This document shows, one piece after another, positions 34,435 through 38,709 of a stretch of 38,709 nucleotides of DNA (its first letter is position 1; each line of letters opens with the position of its first letter). Origin of the DNA: Octopus bimaculoides (Eukaryota); the NCBI RefSeq assembly GCF_001194135.2, contig NC_069005.1, positions 12,990,277-13,028,985 on the forward strand, read 5' to 3'. The notes under the pieces were generated by a model. It was given only the letters and a program-made list of their open reading frames with translations, searched no databases and was not told the DNA's origin. Both the position numbers and the translations under genes were made by a program.

Positions 34435-34925
34435 TATCATTATTATTTTTATTTTCATGAACATCTTTCAATTCTGTATCCATTTCTTGCTGAGTGTCTT
34501 TTTGACACCTAGGGCAGAGAAATTCACTGTATACATTGGTAGGCCATTAAAATAAACATACCAGATTGTTCATTTACAAAGTCATGTGACAGAAAAAGGA
34601 GGAGACAAACAGAAAAAATTAAAAAATAGAAAATAGAAAAGTAAACAAATAAAATAAAGGGAGAAAAGACAAGAAAATTCACTGTGACAATGCTCTTCTG
34701 AATATATGTGACGTATCAGTTAAGACAATCTTTTGTACTTCCCGTATGGATGGTAAGCCAGGGATCATTCTCAAATAATTTTCAGTTCCTTTTTTGATTA
34801 TTTCAAGTTCTCCTACAATTACCGATATTGCAACCGTCTTGAGATGTCACACCTTTTCGGTTTTCATTGGCAAATCTTTATATTTTCTGAGCTTATCAAA
34901 TTCTTTTGCCAAGATATTACAATTA
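34435..34925 (-). mobile_element. R4/Dong-like LINE 3' end (family Y)
   Basis: NILAKEFDKLRKYKDL...VIVGELEIIKKG...IPGLPSIREVQKIVLTDTSHIFRRALSQ*, then a 3'UTR ending in AATAAAAATAATAATG. Confidence 0.75.
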
Positions 34926-34934
34926 TTACCACGA

Positions 34935-35200
34935 TTATTATTTTTATTATTATCATTGTGTAATGAAAACACACAGCATATTTCGCTGGATATGATGGGA
35001 AATGTCAGCTGCGCACAACCAGCAGAGTAAGATGACACTTGTTTACTGGTCATGTTTCAAGAATCCTGCAAAGAATGCTTCCAGTTCCAAGCAATGCTGA
35101 TTTTTGTAGGTGTTCTACCATCACACTTGCACCAATCTTTTTCAGCCAATTTGATAGTTCACTGCTGATACTTCCAGGTGTGCCAGTTACTATTTTCTTT
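34935..35200 (-). mobile_element. R4/Dong-like LINE 3' end (family X)
   Basis: VTGTPGSISSELSNWLKKIGASVMVEHLQKSALLGTGSILCRILET*, then a short 3'UTR and a (TAA)-like tail. Confidence 0.75.
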
Positions 35201-35204
35201 CCTT

Positions 35205-35420
35205 TTTCCACCTTTATCGTCTTTGTTTACATTTTTCATTGTTTCTTTTTTTCTTTTATCTCTCTGTCTTTCTTCTTTTTCTCTATCACATGACTGTGTA
35301 AATGAACAATCTGGTGTGTTTATTTTAATGGCCTACCAATGTATACAGTGAATTTCTCTGCCTAGGTGTCAGGAAGACACTCGGCAACAAATGGATATAG
35401 AATCGAAAGGGGACGTTTAA
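35205..35420 (+). mobile_element. Family Y 3'UTR, inverted second copy
   Basis: About 160 bp reverse-complement match to 34461-34620 with few mismatches. Confidence 0.75.
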
Positions 35421-35599
35421 CAGACACCGGGGACGTTTAACATGTGAGAACGATAAATCACTGCACCGAAATTTATCCAAAAACATCGGAAATAAAGACA
35501 TCGCATGGAGCCAAAAATAGCTGACAAAGGGTTGGACTATATCCGAGTAAGTAATACTCATTGAAATTTATTTCTATTTTTCCAAATATATTGATGTAC

Positions 35600-36330
35600 T
35601 TTAACTGGATATCATCTCCACTGCTCGCACAGCGAACGTAAATACGCTTGTTACATCAACACCAGACCATCTCCGGCCCCAAGCACCATGTACAAACAAA
35701 TTACAAACAGATTAAATAATACCGGTATTATTACACCCAAGAATAACAACCGGGAAGTGCGTACTTAAACTTGTTACGCAAAAAGTACGAAGAGGTGCAC
35801 GTGCAAAACAATCTGATAACAGAAATTAACGGACCGATACCCTACGAAAATGATGACCGTCAAAATAGAGGGCCGGACGTTGTTCCTCATGTCCCGCAAA
35901 TAAAACCAAAACGGCATAAATGGACACGTGAGGAATACATTTCGATCCTACACGCTTATTTTACAGCAGTGCTCTACCCAAAGAATGAAAACGCAACAAC
36001 ACATACATATAAAATATGGAAGATATATTCTCAAAGCAAAAAAAAAAACAGAAATAGAACAATTAATCTAAAAACAGAAACAATTCCTATCACAGAAGGC
36101 GCCTTAGGTATAATAAAAAAAATATTCAGACAAATACATAACAAATACACCAGGACTTACAAATGTATATAACATACAGAAAATTGCACTACTGGGCACT
36201 GCACACATCCTACGCAAAACACTTTCAATACAGTAACCATAAGGGCATCACAGCAAACCACAGCACATACCCAAGGCACAGAGAGCTGCGATCGGTAGTG
36301 AAGTGAAAGCACGTTATAAAAATAAAACTA

Positions 36331-36400
<70 letters not shown>
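35600..36400 (+). mobile_element. Internally deleted R4/Dong-like element (N-terminus fused to C-terminus) plus (TAA)n
   Basis: KRHKWTREEYISILHAYFTAVLYP...TYKIW joined at about 36030 to LKTETIPITEGALGIIKK...NIQKIALLGTAHILRKTLSIQ*, then 3'UTR and (TAA)n at 36333-36400. The 5' boundary is uncertain. Confidence 0.7.
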
Positions 36401-36402
<2 letters not shown>

Positions 36403-36750
36403 GGATCGTAAAGAAAGAGGAAGAAAATCAAATGCAATCCCTTAAAATTTGAAATAGGAACAATCTGAAGCATACGAACAGAAAAGGTCGTGCCTATAAT
36501 AATTGGTGCGTTGGGGACATTGAGCAAAGGTATAGACAAATGGCTGACAGAGATTGAAATAAAATTCCCGGTAGAACTCCTACAGAAAGTTTGTTTCTTA
36601 GGGACAGCAAGGGTTATCAGGAGGGTTCTAGGCACTTAGAAAACTGCTGAAAATTTATGAATACCTAAGGTTACAGGTAGTAATCCGCTATCCACATAAA
36701 TCCTGCCAGGAATGGGACCGAACCTGAACCAAACCAAAATAATAATAATG

Positions 36751-36800
<50 letters not shown>
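36401..36800 (+). mobile_element. R4/Dong-like LINE 3' end plus (TAA)n
   Basis: VVPIIIGALGTLSKGIDKWLTEIEIKFPVELLQKVCFLGTARVIRRVLGT*, then 3'UTR and (TAA)n at 36738-36800. Confidence 0.8.
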
Positions 36801-36803
<3 letters not shown>

Positions 36804-36903
36804 GCTGAAGTGAAAACCAAGTATATATATATAACCGAATTGGCAAAGTATGACCATCTCTATGTATAACAGTATGTTTTAACGATTTCACAGCAGGAAT
36901 CTT

Positions 36904-36940
<37 letters not shown>

Positions 36941-37469
36941 GTAAACGTAATAATGTAATAAATAATTTTTTGTTAACCTTAACCTTAGTAATCGATTCTG
37001 TTGATAAAGAATTGCTGTAGTTGTTTGAATAATATTTTAGCAATAGCTGAAAAAATTCGGTTATCACAATCAGCTGAATTATTAATACACTATTGTACGC
37101 TATATATAACTGCTCTTGGCTGTATTCACTGAACAGTCATAACTGGAAGACGGGGACGGTAATAATAAGGATAATATAAGATGATGAATACTATAGCGTC
37201 GGCTCTGGGTACATATAGCTCTTAGTAGAGTTGAGGACCTTTCAGTCCCAACATATTTCCATATTAAATTCAATTCACTTACATCGAGAGGATTTCGTGG
37301 GCACCACACAATGGCCAAAGAAAATTTATAAAAAGAAAAGTTTCTTAATTTTTTCCTGGTACCTCATAATACAATGTTGTATGCAAAATATAAAAAAGGT
37401 AAAAAGTAATTTATAGTTCTTTTATTAAACGATTATTTCATTTCTTACTAGCATTACTTTTCTTTTTAA

Positions 37470-37640
37470 TCATCACTGTGTGGCAAGAAGCTTGCTTCTC
37501 AACCAGATGGTTCCAGGTTCGGTCTCACTGCGTAGCGCCTTGGGCAGCTGTCTTCTACAATAGCCCCGGGCCGACCAAAACCATGTGAGTGAATTTAGTT
37601 GGAGGAAACTGAAAAAATCTCGTCGTGTGTATATATGGAT
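37470..37640 (+). mobile_element. SINE family A, 5' half
   Basis: CTGTGTGGCAAGAAGCTTGCT...GGTTCGGTCTCACTGCG...CCTTGGGCAG...GGGCCGACCAAA...GGAAACTGAA. Confidence 0.75.
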
Positions 37641-37669
37641 GTGTATATATGTATGTCTGTTCAATTTTT

Positions 37670-38420
37670 TTATTATTATAAATCTTCCACTGAGGAGCGA
37701 GCGGGTTTCCAACAGAGATACAAGGCTCTATCTTTGGTATGTAGTTAACACTGACAAATTCACATTTCGAACATATTTTTATTGTTCCACTCAAAGATTG
37801 GACTTGTAATGTACGAATCAGCCGGTCAATTTCTCTTTCTGAAAATCTCAGTTTATCCAGATTCTCCGTTAAGCATTTACTAACAAAACCTAATGTTACA
37901 ATTATTATTGGTATGAATATGAATTCATAGTCTGGATATAGAAGCTGGAGGTTTCGAAGCAGTTGTCCGTAAATATCCTCTTTTTCTTTGATTTTCAAAG
38001 AGATATTTATATCTGTAAGGCAGCTAAACTTTATGATGGTATATCTCTTTGCCCCTCCGTCCCAAACAACCATATCCGGCCTGTTGTGCTTACATTTGAC
38101 AGACGTTTCGATGGGAATATTCACCAGTATTCCTTGAATTGGTGTTTATGAATGCATTCCATAAAAGAGGTATTTTCTAAGTTTATTTCAGGAAGTTCTT
38201 TTTGCAGATGGCATTGTATGTATGTATGTATGTATGTATGCATGCATGCATTGGCCTTTTTATATAAAATTGAAAGCAATGATGTTTTAGATAGAGAGAG
38301 AATAATTGGCAATAATTCCCTTTGCAAACGCGCAAGAATCTGCAGATAGCAAATCCGGCAAGAGGAGCTACGGAAAATTCCACTGAGCAGACATTTAGAA
38401 ATATATGGAGAAGGAAAATT
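37670..38420 (-). mobile_element. R4/Dong-like LINE, restriction-like endonuclease region
   Basis: HNRPDMVVWD...IIKFSCLTDINISLKIKEKEDIYGQL...FIPIIIVTLGFV (PD..D/E-type REL); 3'UTR ends ATAATAATAAAAAAA; upstream part interrupted by (ATGT)n at about 38215. Confidence 0.75.
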
Positions 38421-38709
38421 CAAGATCTTCCCCTTCTATAAATGCTCAAGGAACGACACAAACTTCCTGAAAACAATGGAACTATGTTTCATAAAGAAGT
38501 TCTCACCGAAATTAAACGGTTGATTTGGAAATATGTGCTTAAGGAAAATTCAAGAAACGCAGATCATATTTATGATTTTCTTTTTTTTTTTTTTATTTAT
38601 TCAGATCATATTTGGAATTGAGAAACACTTTCCCACGCTTAAACTTTTTTCAGATTATATTAGAAATCATACCTATACTTACTTTAAAATCACTCTTTCA
38701 AAAACATAG

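Noticed and set aside
34461-35418. DNA transposon with 160 bp TIRs
   Set aside because: The left arm is the 3'UTR directly following a LINE ORF stop, and the interior is LINE fragments; better explained as inverted LINE UTRs.

Overview
AT-rich, repeat-dense animal genomic DNA with 10 assembly gaps (about 5 kb of N), nearly all flanked by microsatellites. The SINE and LINE repertoire suggests an octopus or related coleoid cephalopod; that assignment is inference. The only host gene I can support is kanadaptin (SLC4A1AP) on the minus strand: coding exon 1 at 3285-2677 (FHA domain) and exon 2 at 684-522, with the gene continuing off the left edge. The remaining ~35 kb is intergenic and dominated by decayed mobile DNA. 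It holds four tRNA-type SINE families (A-D, my labels), an RTE LINE, two Penelope-like remnants, four Tc1/mariner-superfamily transposase remnants, three MITE families and a pile-up of R4/Dong-like LINE ends at (TAA)n tracts. The best leads are four. First, a 1.7 kb element with ~135 bp terminal inverted repeats around a gypsy-type integrase remnant (Ginger-like), whose core is almost free of G on the plus strand. Second, a duplicated TGACGTCA-rich module. Third, a foldback MITE family. Fourth, an internally deleted R4/Dong element. I found no intact novel multi-gene system. All family assignments are by motif recognition, not database search, and repeat boundaries are approximate unless stated.
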